In this document: positions 1 to 10,400 of the stretch, in pieces
Layout of the letters: every line of letters starts with the position of its first letter
Numbering within the stretch: position 1 is the first letter of the stretch
Origin: a virus
Taxonomy: Duplodnaviria > Caudoviricetes
DNA: 40,629 nt
Direction: 5' to 3' (one strand)
Virus record (IMG/VR): IMGVR_UViG_3300033067_001915
Span: 1-40,629 of that record
Program-made: the position numbers and the translations under genes
The notes under the pieces: model-generated
The model's input: the letters and a program-made list of their open reading frames with translations, nothing else
Databases searched by the model: none
What the model was told of the DNA's origin: nothing

Positions 1-315
1 CTGGTTCACTGGCCTGAGGGCATGGAGCAGTACGTGTGCGTCGGTGATTGTGTGACGGGAAATCTCGGAGCGATGGCGGTGCCTGCGTCCGACCCGCCCG
101 TGATGGAACTGATCGGCAAGTATTGGGACTTGGGCTTCACCGAGGGCAAGACCGGCGTCAATCAGGCCGACGCGGCCAACGAGTTGCTTCACCAAATCCG
201 CCGTGCGCTGGCCCAGCAGCCCGCCGCTGCGGTGCCTAAGGGATGCGGCCATGAGTCGTGCGACTGCCGGAGCTATTGCAAGCGAGCCGCCGCCGAGCGG
301 AAGGGGGAGTCGTGA
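1..315 (+). CDS. phage hypothetical protein (probably 5'-truncated by the window edge)
   Basis: Frame is open from base 1 (LVHWPEGMEQY...); C-terminal CGHESCDCRSYC Cys cluster; GTGA overlap with the next gene. Confidence 0.6.
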   Translation: MVHWPEGMEQYVCVGDCVTGNLGAMAVPASDPPVMELIGKYWDLGFTEGKTGVNQADAANELLHQIRRALAQQPAAAVPKGCGHESCDCRSYCKRAAAERKGES

Positions 316-521
316 TCCTCCTTGTGTCGTTCGTGCGCTCGCTTCCCCGCAACGGCTGCGAGCGCGTCACCTGCCGCGAGTGGTTCCGAGACTTGGCCGA
401 GCTTCGCGCTTTCGTGCGCGAAGTATCGCCACTCGGAAACCCCATCGCCAATCCGAAGAAAAGCCACAAGACGCGACTGGCCGACTACCAGCGCGCGAAG
501 GGGGTGGGCGATGAGAAGTGA
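312..521 (+). CDS. small hypothetical protein (69 aa)
   Basis: GTG at 312 overlaps the upstream TGA and is preceded by the purine-rich AAGGGGGAG. Confidence 0.55.
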   Translation: MILLVSFVRSLPRNGCERVTCREWFRDLAELRAFVREVSPLGNPIANPKKSHKTRLADYQRAKGVGDEK

Positions 522-789
522 CAACATGCCGCGACCGTTTGCGCCTGAGCATGGCGAGGAAGCGGCAAGCCCGTTGCAGCGGGATATTGAGCTTGTGAGC
601 GCAGCGCTTGGCATCGCTTTTGATGACGCCGATCCGGCAGTTGAGGCATGGCAGCGCATCCGCGCCCGCCTCACGCCCGACCGCGAGCGCGTAGCGAGGG
701 CGATCCAAAACGCGCACGGGCCGATGCATCCGGACTTCGCGTTCGCACTAGCCGACGCCGCCATCGCCGCGATGGGGGAGGCGCCATGA
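511..789 (+). CDS. hypothetical protein (92 aa)
   Basis: ATG at 511 overlaps the end of the previous gene; ATGA overlap with the next gene. Confidence 0.6.
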   Translation: MRSDNMPRPFAPEHGEEAASPLQRDIELVSAALGIAFDDADPAVEAWQRIRARLTPDRERVARAIQNAHGPMHPDFAFALADAAIAAMGEAP

Positions 790-1193
790 CCACGCCTGAA
801 CTGCCGCCGCTGACTACATACGACCATGAGTGCGTTGACGATTACGGAGACTTCCGGTCGAAGATGGTCGAGGACAATCTCGGGGAGTGGGTTCGCGTCA
901 TCGAAGTCGAAGCCCGCGAGCGCATCCTGCGCGACCGCATCGCGGAGCTCGAAACTGTCTGCGCTGGACACTACGCGAACACAGTCGAATCACTACGACT
1001 AGCGAACGAAGCTGACGCCCGCGCCGCGGAGCTGGAGGCCGATGCGGAGCGGTATCGCCACCTTCTCGACAACTGCTACGCTCACGCACCGCCTGCCCCG
1101 AAAGAGAAGGTGTACCTAGTGAGCACCGTCAATGCCGCTGATTGGCGGACTGCAACAGGAGCCGCTATTGACGCGGCGAGGGGGAAGAAGTGA
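786..1193 (+). CDS. phage early-region hypothetical protein with coiled coil (Ead/Ea22-like appearance)
   Basis: GGAGG RBS, ATGA coupling; motifs RIAELE, DAERYR and AIDAAR are typical of small phage early proteins. Confidence 0.65.
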   Translation: MTTPELPPLTTYDHECVDDYGDFRSKMVEDNLGEWVRVIEVEARERILRDRIAELETVCAGHYANTVESLRLANEADARAAELEADAERYRHLLDNCYAHAPPAPKEKVYLVSTVNAADWRTATGAAIDAARGKK

Positions 1194-2758
1194 GCGAGTT
1201 CGTCCTCCACCGGGGGCACGTCATCTTGCCAAAGGACGGTAGGCTATCGACGCTGATCCCCCACGCACAGACAGTGCGGCACACCGACGGGCGCGAGTTC
1301 GTTATCGTGCCGCACTCTCTCGATGAGACGAAGGTCCTGCACAACCTCGGGATCAAGGTTCCACCCCCGATCCTCTCGCAGTACCAGTGGCCCGGCCCAC
1401 CACCGTTCGATGCGCAGCGCATCACCGCAGCGCACATTACGCAACACCCCCGCTGCTTTGTGCTGAACGGTATGGGCACGGGCAAGACGCGCGCTGCGCT
1501 GTACGCGTTCGACTTTATGCGGCAGACGGGCGCGGTGTCGAAGCTACTCGTTACTGCACCGTTGTCTACGCTTCGTCAGACGTGGCAGCGGGAGCTCACG
1601 CTGTACTTCCCGCACCTTACGAGTGCGGTCTTGCACAAGGACGGAAAGAACGCTGACTGGCGGCGCAACGAGCTCGCGCGGGACGTCGACGTCTACATCA
1701 TCAACCACGACGGCGCAAAGTTGATCGTGGACGACCTGATCAAACGTCGCGATATCGACATGCTTGTACTGGACGAACTGACTGAGTACAAGAACACCCG
1801 GTCGGAGATGTGGAAGATCACCAACAAGCTGGCGCAGCGCATGCCACGCGTCGTCGGCATGACAGGGTCCCCGATGGCAAAGGACCCCACCGATGTTTAC
1901 GGTCAGGTCAAGATCGTTGACGCGTCCCGCGCGGGACGCAGCTTCACGGACTTCCGCGACAAGGTCATGACCAAGCTCACCGCGTTCAAGTGGGTGGCAA
2001 AGCAGGACCATGTCGAGACAGTTCACCGGTTCATGCAGCCGTCGGTGCGCTTCGCCCGGTCGGACTGCTTCGACTTGCCGCCGGTCCAGTACGTCCGCCG
2101 CGAGGTACCACTGTCGCATCAGCAGGCCAAGCTCTACAAGGCCATGTCGGCAGAGTGCGCCGCCGAGGTTGCTGCGGGTACGATCAAGGCGGTGAACGAG
2201 GCAGATCGGATCAACAAGCTGGTCCAGATCTGCACCGGCTTTGCGTACGACACTGAGCATCGTGTCGTCGGCGTGGACTGCGCTGATCGCCTAGCCGCAC
2301 TGGATGAAGCCATCACCCAGTCGGAGGGCAAGGTCATCATATTTACTCCGTACAAGGCGTCGCTTGCGCTACTGCAGGAACACCTTGACAAGTGTTGGAC
2401 GACGTCCGTAATCTCTGGGGACGTACCGGCAGGGCAGCGAGAGCGCATCTTCACTGCCTTCCGGCACTCCCCGGACCCGAAGGTTCTGATCGCGCACCCG
2501 CAGTGCATGTCACACGGTCTGACCCTGACGGAAGCAAGCACCATCGTGTGGTTCGGCCCTCCGTCCTCGCTCGAAACTTTCGAGCAGGCGAATGCCCGCA
2601 TCACCCGACCGGGGCAGAAGTTTAGCCAGCTGATCCTAATGCTGGTTTCCTCTCGTGTTGAGTCGGGGATCTACACCCGATACGAGCGCAGGGCCGAACG
2701 GCAGGGCCTGCTGCTTGAACTCTTTGCCGGGCAAGAACATTTAGGGATCGAACCATGA
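1190..2758 (+). CDS. SNF2-related (SF2) DNA helicase
   Basis: Walker A GMGTGKT, motif Ia VTAPLS, Walker B LVLDELT, motif III MTGSP, motif V SHGLTL, motif VI QANARITRPGQ. Confidence 0.92.
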   Translation: MSEFVLHRGHVILPKDGRLSTLIPHAQTVRHTDGREFVIVPHSLDETKVLHNLGIKVPPPILSQYQWPGPPPFDAQRITAAHITQHPRCFVLNGMGTGKTRAALYAFDFMRQTGAVSKLLVTAPLSTLRQTWQRELTLYFPHLTSAVLHKDGKNADWRRNELARDVDVYIINHDGAKLIVDDLIKRRDIDMLVLDELTEYKNTRSEMWKITNKLAQRMPRVVGMTGSPMAKDPTDVYGQVKIVDASRAGRSFTDFRDKVMTKLTAFKWVAKQDHVETVHRFMQPSVRFARSDCFDLPPVQYVRREVPLSHQQAKLYKAMSAECAAEVAAGTIKAVNEADRINKLVQICTGFAYDTEHRVVGVDCADRLAALDEAITQSEGKVIIFTPYKASLALLQEHLDKCWTTSVISGDVPAGQRERIFTAFRHSPDPKVLIAHPQCMSHGLTLTEASTIVWFGPPSSLETFEQANARITRPGQKFSQLILMLVSSRVESGIYTRYERRAERQGLLLELFAGQEHLGIEP

Positions 2759-3150
2759 GCACCGTGTTGATGACCGCCGAACAGATCAACGAAAAATATA
2801 TCTCGCTGCGTAACCGCAAGAAGGAAATCGAAGCCCGGCACAAGGCCGAGCTCAAGCCGCTGGTCGATGTGATGGAGCAGCTTGAGGTTCTCACCCTGCA
2901 GTTCCTGCAGGCCAACGCCATGAAGTCAATCTCGACCGAAGGCGGCACCTGCTTTATCGTCACGCGTCGCAGCTACAAGATCACGGACCGTGACGACTTC
3001 CGCTCGTGGTGTGAAGCCAACGGTCGCACCGACTTCCTCGAAGCACGCCCAGCCAAGTCGGCCATTGACGAGTACCTCGAAGCAGGCAATTCTCTGCCTC
3101 CCGGCCTCGACACCTCGGCCGACGTCGCCGTTCAGTTCCGTGCCAAGTAA
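2755..3150 (+). CDS. conserved phage replication-module protein, N-terminal coiled coil
   Basis: ATGA coupling to the helicase; coiled-coil start and LPPGL C-terminal motif typical of the small gene beside phage SSB/helicase genes. Confidence 0.75.
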   Translation: MSTVLMTAEQINEKYISLRNRKKEIEARHKAELKPLVDVMEQLEVLTLQFLQANAMKSISTEGGTCFIVTRRSYKITDRDDFRSWCEANGRTDFLEARPAKSAIDEYLEAGNSLPPGLDTSADVAVQFRAK

Positions 3151-3171
3151 CCCAACCTCTCGGAGTTCACC

Positions 3172-4344
3172 ATGAGCAACATCGTCCAGTTCGCCCAGCA
3201 GGGCCTGAATCTCAGCGCCGCCGCGCTCCCGTCCGCTATCCGCCAGTACGGCATCTCTGACGAGATGTCGCAGGGCATCGGCGCCTCGTTCGCCGTCGTG
3301 TCGATCAAGGGCAAGACCTTCACGATCAAGCACGGCGGCACCGACCACCCGTTGATGGTGTCGGCCAACGGCGCGCATTTCGCCGCCCCGTTCTTCGATG
3401 TCGTCATTGTCGCGGCGTCGCCGAACATGACCAAGACCTACTACAAGGACGGCTACGTGGAGGGCAGCGATGCCTCGCCCGACTGCTGGTCCGAAGATGG
3501 TCAGCGTCCCGCTGCGGCACAGCCGGTCTCGCATGACTGCCGCACCTGCCCGATGAACGCGTTTGGCTCGAAGCTCGGCAACGCCGGCCAGAAGCTCAAG
3601 GCGTGCACCGACAGTCGCAAGATCATCGTGGTCCCGGCTCACGACATCGCCAACGAGACGTACGGTGGCGCCATGCTGCTGCGCGTGCCGGCCGCGTCGC
3701 TCGGCCCGATCGCCGACTACGCCAAGTACCTCAACGGGCAGGGTGTCCCGTTCTTCGCCGTCGTGACTCGCATCCAGTTCGATGCCTCGGCCGCGTACCC
3801 GAAGCTGCAGGCGCAGGCCGTCCGCGTGTTGTCCGAGGCCGAGGCGGCTCAGGTGCTCGAGCTCCGCAACAGCGACCGCGTGGCGTCGATCCTGACCGGC
3901 AGCGCCACTACCGCGCCCGCCGCGCAGCCAGCCCTCGCAGCCCCGCAGTTCCCCACGCAGGCCGCGGCCGTCGCCCACTACGCTGCGCCCCCGACTCCGG
4001 TGGTCCAGCTGGCCCCGCCCCCGGTCGTTGTGGCCCCGCCGGCACCGGTGGCTCCGCCTGTCCCGGTCGCTCCGGCTTTCCCGCCGGAGGGCTGGACGGC
4101 TCACCCGCAGGCCCCGGGCTACTACTACAAGGGGCAGGAGGTCCTGACCGAAGCCGACCTGCACGCCCGTATCGCTCCGCCGGCACCGCCTGTTCCGGTC
4201 GCCCCGCCGATCCCCGCCGCCCCGCCCGTGCCGCAGTTCGCCGCTCCCGCCCCGGCGGCTGAGGTGGCTCCGGTTGGCGCGGTCCCGCTGGACGCCGGGT
4301 TCCTCGGCTCCGTCGACGCTCTGCTGGGCTCGCTCCCGCGCTAA
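3172..4344 (+). CDS. putative ssDNA-binding/annealing protein with Cys4 motif and Pro/Ala-rich tail
   Basis: GGAG RBS; motifs PDCWSEDG, CRTCPMN, KACTDSR, LLRVPAASL; lies between helicase and primase; strong GC3 bias. SSB function is inferred. Confidence 0.65.
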   Translation: MSNIVQFAQQGLNLSAAALPSAIRQYGISDEMSQGIGASFAVVSIKGKTFTIKHGGTDHPLMVSANGAHFAAPFFDVVIVAASPNMTKTYYKDGYVEGSDASPDCWSEDGQRPAAAQPVSHDCRTCPMNAFGSKLGNAGQKLKACTDSRKIIVVPAHDIANETYGGAMLLRVPAASLGPIADYAKYLNGQGVPFFAVVTRIQFDASAAYPKLQAQAVRVLSEAEAAQVLELRNSDRVASILTGSATTAPAAQPALAAPQFPTQAAAVAHYAAPPTPVVQLAPPPVVVAPPAPVAPPVPVAPAFPPEGWTAHPQAPGYYYKGQEVLTEADLHARIAPPAPPVPVAPPIPAAPPVPQFAAPAPAAEVAPVGAVPLDAGFLGSVDALLGSLPR

Positions 4345-4368
4345 ACCCCGTAGAGGGTGGCAACGGGT

Positions 4369-4387
4369 GGGGGTGCACTGCACCCCC
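4369..4387 (+). terminator. GC-rich hairpin, weak terminator or processing signal after the SSB-like gene
   Basis: GGGGGTGC-ACT-GCACCCCC perfect 8-bp stem followed by only TT. Confidence 0.45.
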
Positions 4388-4410
4388 TTGGCGTCTTGGC
4401 AGGGGTCTCA

Positions 4411-7362
4411 ATGAATACGCAAGCATTTCTCTCGTTGGTGCTCCCCTCGGTCGGCTACTGGGCGACGGCCCTGTTCATGCCGGACGGCAAGCCGGTGCAC
4501 CGTTTCTTCAATGCAGGCGACGCTGGTGGTCTCATCGGCTTCGCCAACTGGGGCGTCCAGAAAGGCGCCAACGCGTACTTCGCTGTTGGTGGGTACGTCC
4601 CGGGACAGGACGGCGAGCTTCGTCGCACGGCCGCATGCGCCCTGTTCCACCGCGCTCTCCGGCTCGATGTGGACTGTGGGCAGGGCAAGCCCTACCCCAC
4701 GAAGCGTGACGGCTGGGATGCACTGGTCGCGTTCCTGCAGGCGTCCCGCCTGCCGACCCCCACGGTTGTCGACTCGGGCGGCGGGCTGCACGTCTACTGG
4801 CCGTTCGACACGGATATTCCACAAGACAAGTGGCTCCCGTTGGCCGGCGGCCTCAAGCAGGCATGCGAGCGCCACCACTTCGCTGTCGACCCCGTGGTCA
4901 CGCTGGACGCGGCGCGCATCCTTCGTCTCCCCGGCACCCCGAACATGAAGACCGGCGAGCCACGTCCGGTCCAGATCCTGTACCTCGGGCCGGCGCATGA
5001 CCCCACCGCCCTCGCGCCGCTCCTGCCGTACACCGGCCCGGCGTTCACCGTCTCGGGTTCACGGTCCAGTGGCTTGAACGACGAACTTGCGGGATCCGGG
5101 GGTCCGGCGTACCGCTTGCGAGACGTGCTGGTCGGCTGCCCGGGCATGGGAGCGATGCTACGCGCCGGCGGCGCCGGAACTAGCGAGCCGCTATGGAAGG
5201 CCGCGCTTGACCTGATCAACAAGTCCGACGAGGACGGCGACGTCAAACTGCGCGTGGCCCACGCCATCTCGCGGGGTCACCCGACGTACACCCCGGGTGG
5301 ACTCGAGCAGAAGTGGGCGCAGGTCCAGCAGCAGGACTACCACCCCCCGACCTGCGCCAAAATGGCTGGCCTCGGCATGTCGGCCTGTGCGACGTGCCCG
5401 ATGCGTACTGCGATCAAGTCGCCCGTGAGCCTGACGCGCGTGGCCGCGGCGGGGCTGAATGTCCAGCCGGCGCCGGCGCCGCCGCAGCCCCCGCAGGTGT
5501 CCCCGCCTGCTTCTACTGCGGCGGCGCCGGCCGCGGCAGCTTACCAGCAGCACGGCGTGTTCATGCTGGGCCCGACCGCGGAGATCCGCATCACCGATGG
5601 CCTGATCACCGCCAAGCTGGCGATCCAAGGCGGCGTGCCGCATCACCTCCTTCAGACCAAGGTGGACGGCGAGACCAAAGACGTCTGGGTGCCGATGATC
5701 CCGTACAAGATCACAGCAGTTGAGCGCCTCCTTGAAGCCGCTGGTCGACAGATGATCGTCAACGTGACCTTCGACGCGTTTACCGACCGCGAGCGTAAGG
5801 TCGCCTTCACCAACAGCATCCTCCACGACGGCAAGGCGTTTGCCCAGACGATGGCCGGCGCCGGCCTGTCACTTTCTTCTATCCAGTCGAATCTCCTGCG
5901 GGATAAGTTCATGCCCGACTTCCTTACTCAGCTTCAACGCCTCCGTGCCGCCAACACCATCGCGGCGCGCTGTGGCTGGACCGATGACCGGTCCGGCTTT
6001 GTCCTCGGGACTCGGCTGTATACCGCCAAGGGCATGGAGCACATCCATGCACTGCGCGACAGCGCGGCCGCGGCGGAAATGGAGGGCTACCACGAGCAGG
6101 GTGATATGGCGCAGTCCTTGGCGGCGATCGCGCTGGCGATGGGCGATTCGCCGGAACGGCAGGCCGTCGTTGCGCTGTCGCTGGCGACGCCGCTCATGGA
6201 GTTCACCGGTGTCGACGGCGTCATCCTCAATGCGTGGTCGCCGGAGTCCGGCGTCGGCAAATCCACCCTCTGCGACGCGGCACTCGCTGTGTGGGGCGAT
6301 CCGAACAAGCTGCGCAAGGATTATCGCGACACGGCCAATGCCACATGGAAGCTGGCAAGCACGATCGGCAACCTGCCGATGGTGGTCGACGAGTTCACGA
6401 ACGTCGACGGCCGCGCGCTGTCCGACTACGTGTACACGGTCACGCAGGGTCGAGAGAAGCACCGCCTCAACAGCAGCGCCCAGCTGAACGCAGGGGCGAA
6501 CCGCTGGCGTCTGGCGATGATCACGACGGCCAACAACTCGATCCACGACAAGCTGCTGACGTATCGCCCCGATGCGACAGCCGAAGCGGCACGTGTGTTC
6601 GAGCTGCGGCTACACCCCCTGAACCTTTCACCGGCGGCGATGTCCGAAGCCAAGATGCGACTGCTGGACCTGCGGTCGAACTTCGGACACCTCGGAGGTA
6701 AGCTGATCCAGTTGTACCTCAGCCGCGACGCCGACTACTGGACCCGCACGGTCAACACGCGGATCACGTGGTGGGATGAGAACGTGGCGCTCGGTACCAG
6801 CGACCGCTTCCGTTCGGCCTGCGCCGCGCTGATCGAACTGGGTGCGACCATCGGCAAGGCGATGGGGTTGAACTTCGACGTGCCGGCAATCATCGATGCG
6901 GTGAAGCAGCAGTGGATTCGCCAGACCGCGGAGTTTGCCGACGTCAAGCGCACGCCAGAGGACTTCGTCGTCAGCTTCATCACCGAGAACCTGTCGGACT
7001 TCGCCGTCATCGGCGGCAACTCGGGCAACGACCTGCTCACCCCCAACACCCGTCGGTATATCGGCGAGATCCGGGGCCAGACCATTGGCGGTAAGTTCCA
7101 GCGACAGTCCGTCAACATCCCGCTCGACAACTTGCGCGAGTGGATCACCAAGCGCAACGGCAACTTCAAGGCTGTGCAAGAGTGGATGCGCCGTGACGAA
7201 GCGGCAGGTGGGATGGTCCAGTTCGTCGGACGTCGGACGTTTATGGCCGGCCAGATGCAGGCCGTCCGCTGCCCGATGGTCACCTTCCGCGCGGGCGTGC
7301 TCGGCCAGCTGACGGTGGTCGATGGCGAGAGGGACGTTGACCTACAGGTTGCGAAGATGTAG
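4411..7362 (+). CDS. primase-helicase fusion: AEP/RepB-like primase, Cys4 domain, DUF927-type P-loop helicase
   Basis: AEP-like motifs LRLDVDCG, VDSGGGLHVYW, RILRLPGTPN; CGW..D...FVLG segment; Walker A SGVGKST, Walker B MVVDE; ATG at 4411 preferred over GTG 4357, which would read through the hairpin. Confidence 0.85.
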   Translation: MNTQAFLSLVLPSVGYWATALFMPDGKPVHRFFNAGDAGGLIGFANWGVQKGANAYFAVGGYVPGQDGELRRTAACALFHRALRLDVDCGQGKPYPTKRDGWDALVAFLQASRLPTPTVVDSGGGLHVYWPFDTDIPQDKWLPLAGGLKQACERHHFAVDPVVTLDAARILRLPGTPNMKTGEPRPVQILYLGPAHDPTALAPLLPYTGPAFTVSGSRSSGLNDELAGSGGPAYRLRDVLVGCPGMGAMLRAGGAGTSEPLWKAALDLINKSDEDGDVKLRVAHAISRGHPTYTPGGLEQKWAQVQQQDYHPPTCAKMAGLGMSACATCPMRTAIKSPVSLTRVAAAGLNVQPAPAPPQPPQVSPPASTAAAPAAAAYQQHGVFMLGPTAEIRITDGLITAKLAIQGGVPHHLLQTKVDGETKDVWVPMIPYKITAVERLLEAAGRQMIVNVTFDAFTDRERKVAFTNSILHDGKAFAQTMAGAGLSLSSIQSNLLRDKFMPDFLTQLQRLRAANTIAARCGWTDDRSGFVLGTRLYTAKGMEHIHALRDSAAAAEMEGYHEQGDMAQSLAAIALAMGDSPERQAVVALSLATPLMEFTGVDGVILNAWSPESGVGKSTLCDAALAVWGDPNKLRKDYRDTANATWKLASTIGNLPMVVDEFTNVDGRALSDYVYTVTQGREKHRLNSSAQLNAGANRWRLAMITTANNSIHDKLLTYRPDATAEAARVFELRLHPLNLSPAAMSEAKMRLLDLRSNFGHLGGKLIQLYLSRDADYWTRTVNTRITWWDENVALGTSDRFRSACAALIELGATIGKAMGLNFDVPAIIDAVKQQWIRQTAEFADVKRTPEDFVVSFITENLSDFAVIGGNSGNDLLTPNTRRYIGEIRGQTIGGKFQRQSVNIPLDNLREWITKRNGNFKAVQEWMRRDEAAGGMVQFVGRRTFMAGQMQAVRCPMVTFRAGVLGQLTVVDGERDVDLQVAKM

Positions 7363-7419
7363 TTTCGCCGGTGCCAGCGTGACGAGAGGCGCTGACACCC
7401 CCGCATCGGCGGATGCGGA

Positions 7420-7462
7420 AACCCCCGGAGGGCCTAGACCCACCCTCCGGGGGTTCTTTTTT
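7420..7462 (+). terminator. intrinsic terminator between convergent replication and virion modules (possibly bidirectional)
   Basis: 13-bp perfect stem AACCCCCGGAGGG/CCCTCCGGGGGTT followed by CTTTTTT. Confidence 0.85.
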
Positions 7463-10400
7463 ACTCGAGCACCTCGTTGCGGATCGCCTCACGCTGACGG
7501 TTCACCACGCCGGCCTCGCGCTCCTCGCGACTGCTGACTGCGCGACTCGCCTGATCCGGGCGGATCTTGAACGCGTCCGGTGCCGTGCGGTTGAAGTCGC
7601 GGATGCGGTTACGTGCACGCAGCACATCGTCGACCGTGCCGGACGTCTTCGCCTTCGTGTACGCCCGCAGCACATCCTCGCGCTGGTTGGTGATGTTGGC
7701 CGTTGTACTGTATTCGCGCGTGCGCTGGTCGTACAGCTGCGAGACGGTCGTCGGGGTGACGCCGAGTGCGCGGGTGAACGTGTCCCACGTAGACAGGTCT
7801 TCAGGTTTCAGCATGCGGTCGCCGTCAGCCTCGGTGACGCCGGTCGTTTCGTACTTGATCGCGTCTAGCAGGCTGCGCACCCCCGCCGGCGAGGCCCGCA
7901 TGAGTTCGCGCAGGACGTCGTCGCCGTCGCTCTCCCCCTGCAGGTAGTTGATCGACTCGCCGAACGCCGCCGTGCCGTGGCCGAGGCCGCGGGCGATGTT
8001 GGAGTAGACCGGGCCCAACGCGTACAGGAACGTCTTGTCCACGCGCTCTTTGGGGTTGTCCTCATCGCGGATCTGAATGAACCGGGTATCGAACAAGTTG
8101 GGGATGCCCGCGCGGCTCGACAGGTCCATATTCAACAGCGCCGCCGGCAGTCCGCGCTCCGCGGCCGTGCCCATCACCCCGTCACCAAAGTGCTCCTTGA
8201 TGAACTCGTGCAGCAGGGTGTCGCTGTCCTTGTACTTGTCCTCCTCGTCGCCGGCGATGCCCGTCGCGACCAGCGCCCACAGCGTGACTTTCGCTGCGAG
8301 GGCCATCGGTCCGAGGCCGAGCGCACCGGACATCACCGTGTGCGTGGTGAGGAGGTGCAAGAGTGCTGCGCGGCCCTGCTTCTTTTTGGCCGGGTCTGAA
8401 CTGAACGCCATGAAGCTGTGCCGCAGGAAGATCGCGTAGATGCCCTGCATGTACATCTTGAATTGCAGCAAAGGACCGGCGAACCGGTACTTGAATACGT
8501 TGGGGCGATTCACCATCGAGTAGTTGATCATCGACTCGTTGACGAAGTCTTTGACGAACCGGACCGTTTCGTTCTCCGCATCGAGCGACACAGCCTCACC
8601 GTCTAGTGCGATGACAGGCTCCATGCCGAGCTCCGTCGTCGCCGCGCGGTACGCCGCTAGTGCAGTCACCGTGCGGTTCATCGTCTCGACGTGCTGGGCG
8701 AAGGCCATACCCATGCGGTTCATCGTGTTGAACTTCTGCTCCCAGCGCCCCGATGCCAGCGTGTCCTGCAATGCGGCAAGGTGCCCGAAGTCGAGTGCGC
8801 CCATGTCACGCAGCGTGCGCAGCAGGGCCTTCTCGGTTGGCGTGCGGGCGTAGGTGTTCAGCACCTCATCGAACATCTGCTCGGGGGTGTATCGCGCGTC
8901 GCCTTGCCGGTCAACGAACGACCGCAAGTGCTGGATAAACTCCTTGGCTCCATTCGTCGTGGCAGACCACAAGCCGTTCAGCGGCGATCCGCCATTGCCT
9001 TTCATCGCGTCCAGCAGCAGCTGGTTGGCGCGTACCAGCCCCAGCGTCTCGTACGTTCCGTCAGCGCGCCGGATAACCTGCGAGCCCAGCAGGGGTGCGG
9101 CCACGACCAGCGGCTGCGTGGCGTTGATCGCCACGTAGGCCGGAGAGAATGCCAGCGACATGAGGTTCGAGATCTTCGATAGGAAGTTCTCGATCGCATT
9201 GCCCGTGTTGATCGCGCGGCGGTCCTGCGTGAGCTTTTCGTTCTGATAGATCGCGTTGAACACAGTGCGGCGGGTCGACGCCTGTCGCGTGTTGCTGGTG
9301 TCGTTCGCCATCTTGTTCATCGCTGACCATGCGCGTTCTGACTTGTCTTTTGTCCGCAGTGTGCCCAGCGTGTACGACGCACCATAGGCCCACTCCGCCA
9401 TCGCCGTGAGCATGTCGTGGCTCGCGCCGATGATGTTGCGTCGGGGTAGCGCCGAGGCGTTGAGTGTGAACCGGGCGTCGGCTTCGAGCGCCAGAGTCTC
9501 CAGCGCCTTGACCACCGATGGCGGCACGCCACCTTCCTTGCCCGAGAGTTCGCGCAGTTGCTTGAGGATGCTAGCCGGGACTTCCTTTTCGTCGTAGAAA
9601 GCGTCGGAGACCTTCTTGGCGTTCCACGACGACTCGTCGATACCTTCGAGGTACTCACTGATCGCGGAGTCCGAGACGCCCTCGTCAGCCCACAACTGCC
9701 GAACCGTTGCCTTCATATCCGCAACCGACGCCTCCGCAGCGGCGATGCTGTCGAAGAAGAACACGCCCTTGCGCGACACGCGGATGTCGTAGCCGAGGAC
9801 GTTGTTGTCGTCATCGCGGAACGGCGCCACGCGCACCGTCGACTTCGGATTCTGGGCGCGGGCGCGCTCGGCGACCTTCTCGGCGGCGTCCTTCGTCTTG
9901 AACAGGTCCTCCCCATCTCGGATGATGCGATCCGGCAGGGGGACGCGCACAATGTAGTCACCGCGGCGTCGCAGCGGGAACCACGGGCCCCGCTGCTGGT
10001 CCGTGGCCTGATTGCGCAGCTGGTCGATCTGGCTCTGGATGGCGCTGGCTGCTTCTTTCTGCCGTGCGGTGAGCTCCTTGCCGCCGACCGTTTGCGACGC
10101 GGCAGTGAGCTCCGCCTCAAGCAGCTTGATCTGCTGCTCAAGGATCTCGACGTTTAGTTCCCGCGCAGCATCGCGCAGCCCCATATACACCTTGGCGGTG
10201 TTGGGGTCGGCCTCTTTCATCATCTGGTACATCGCCGACAGGCGGGCATGCTGCGCGCGGCGCAGGGGCGTGTCGGTGAGATGCTTGTTCTCCGGCGCAT
10301 TGAAACCGACGTCAGGGTGGATGTCGAGGAACGTCGCGTCGTGCATGACCAACTGCAGCATCGTCCGCGCCTTGGGCGCTAGCTGTGCTGCGAGCTCGAA

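Noticed and set aside
7363-7460. Multi-hairpin region as a tRNA
   Set aside because: No enclosing acceptor stem, T-loop GTTC motif in the right context, or CCA end
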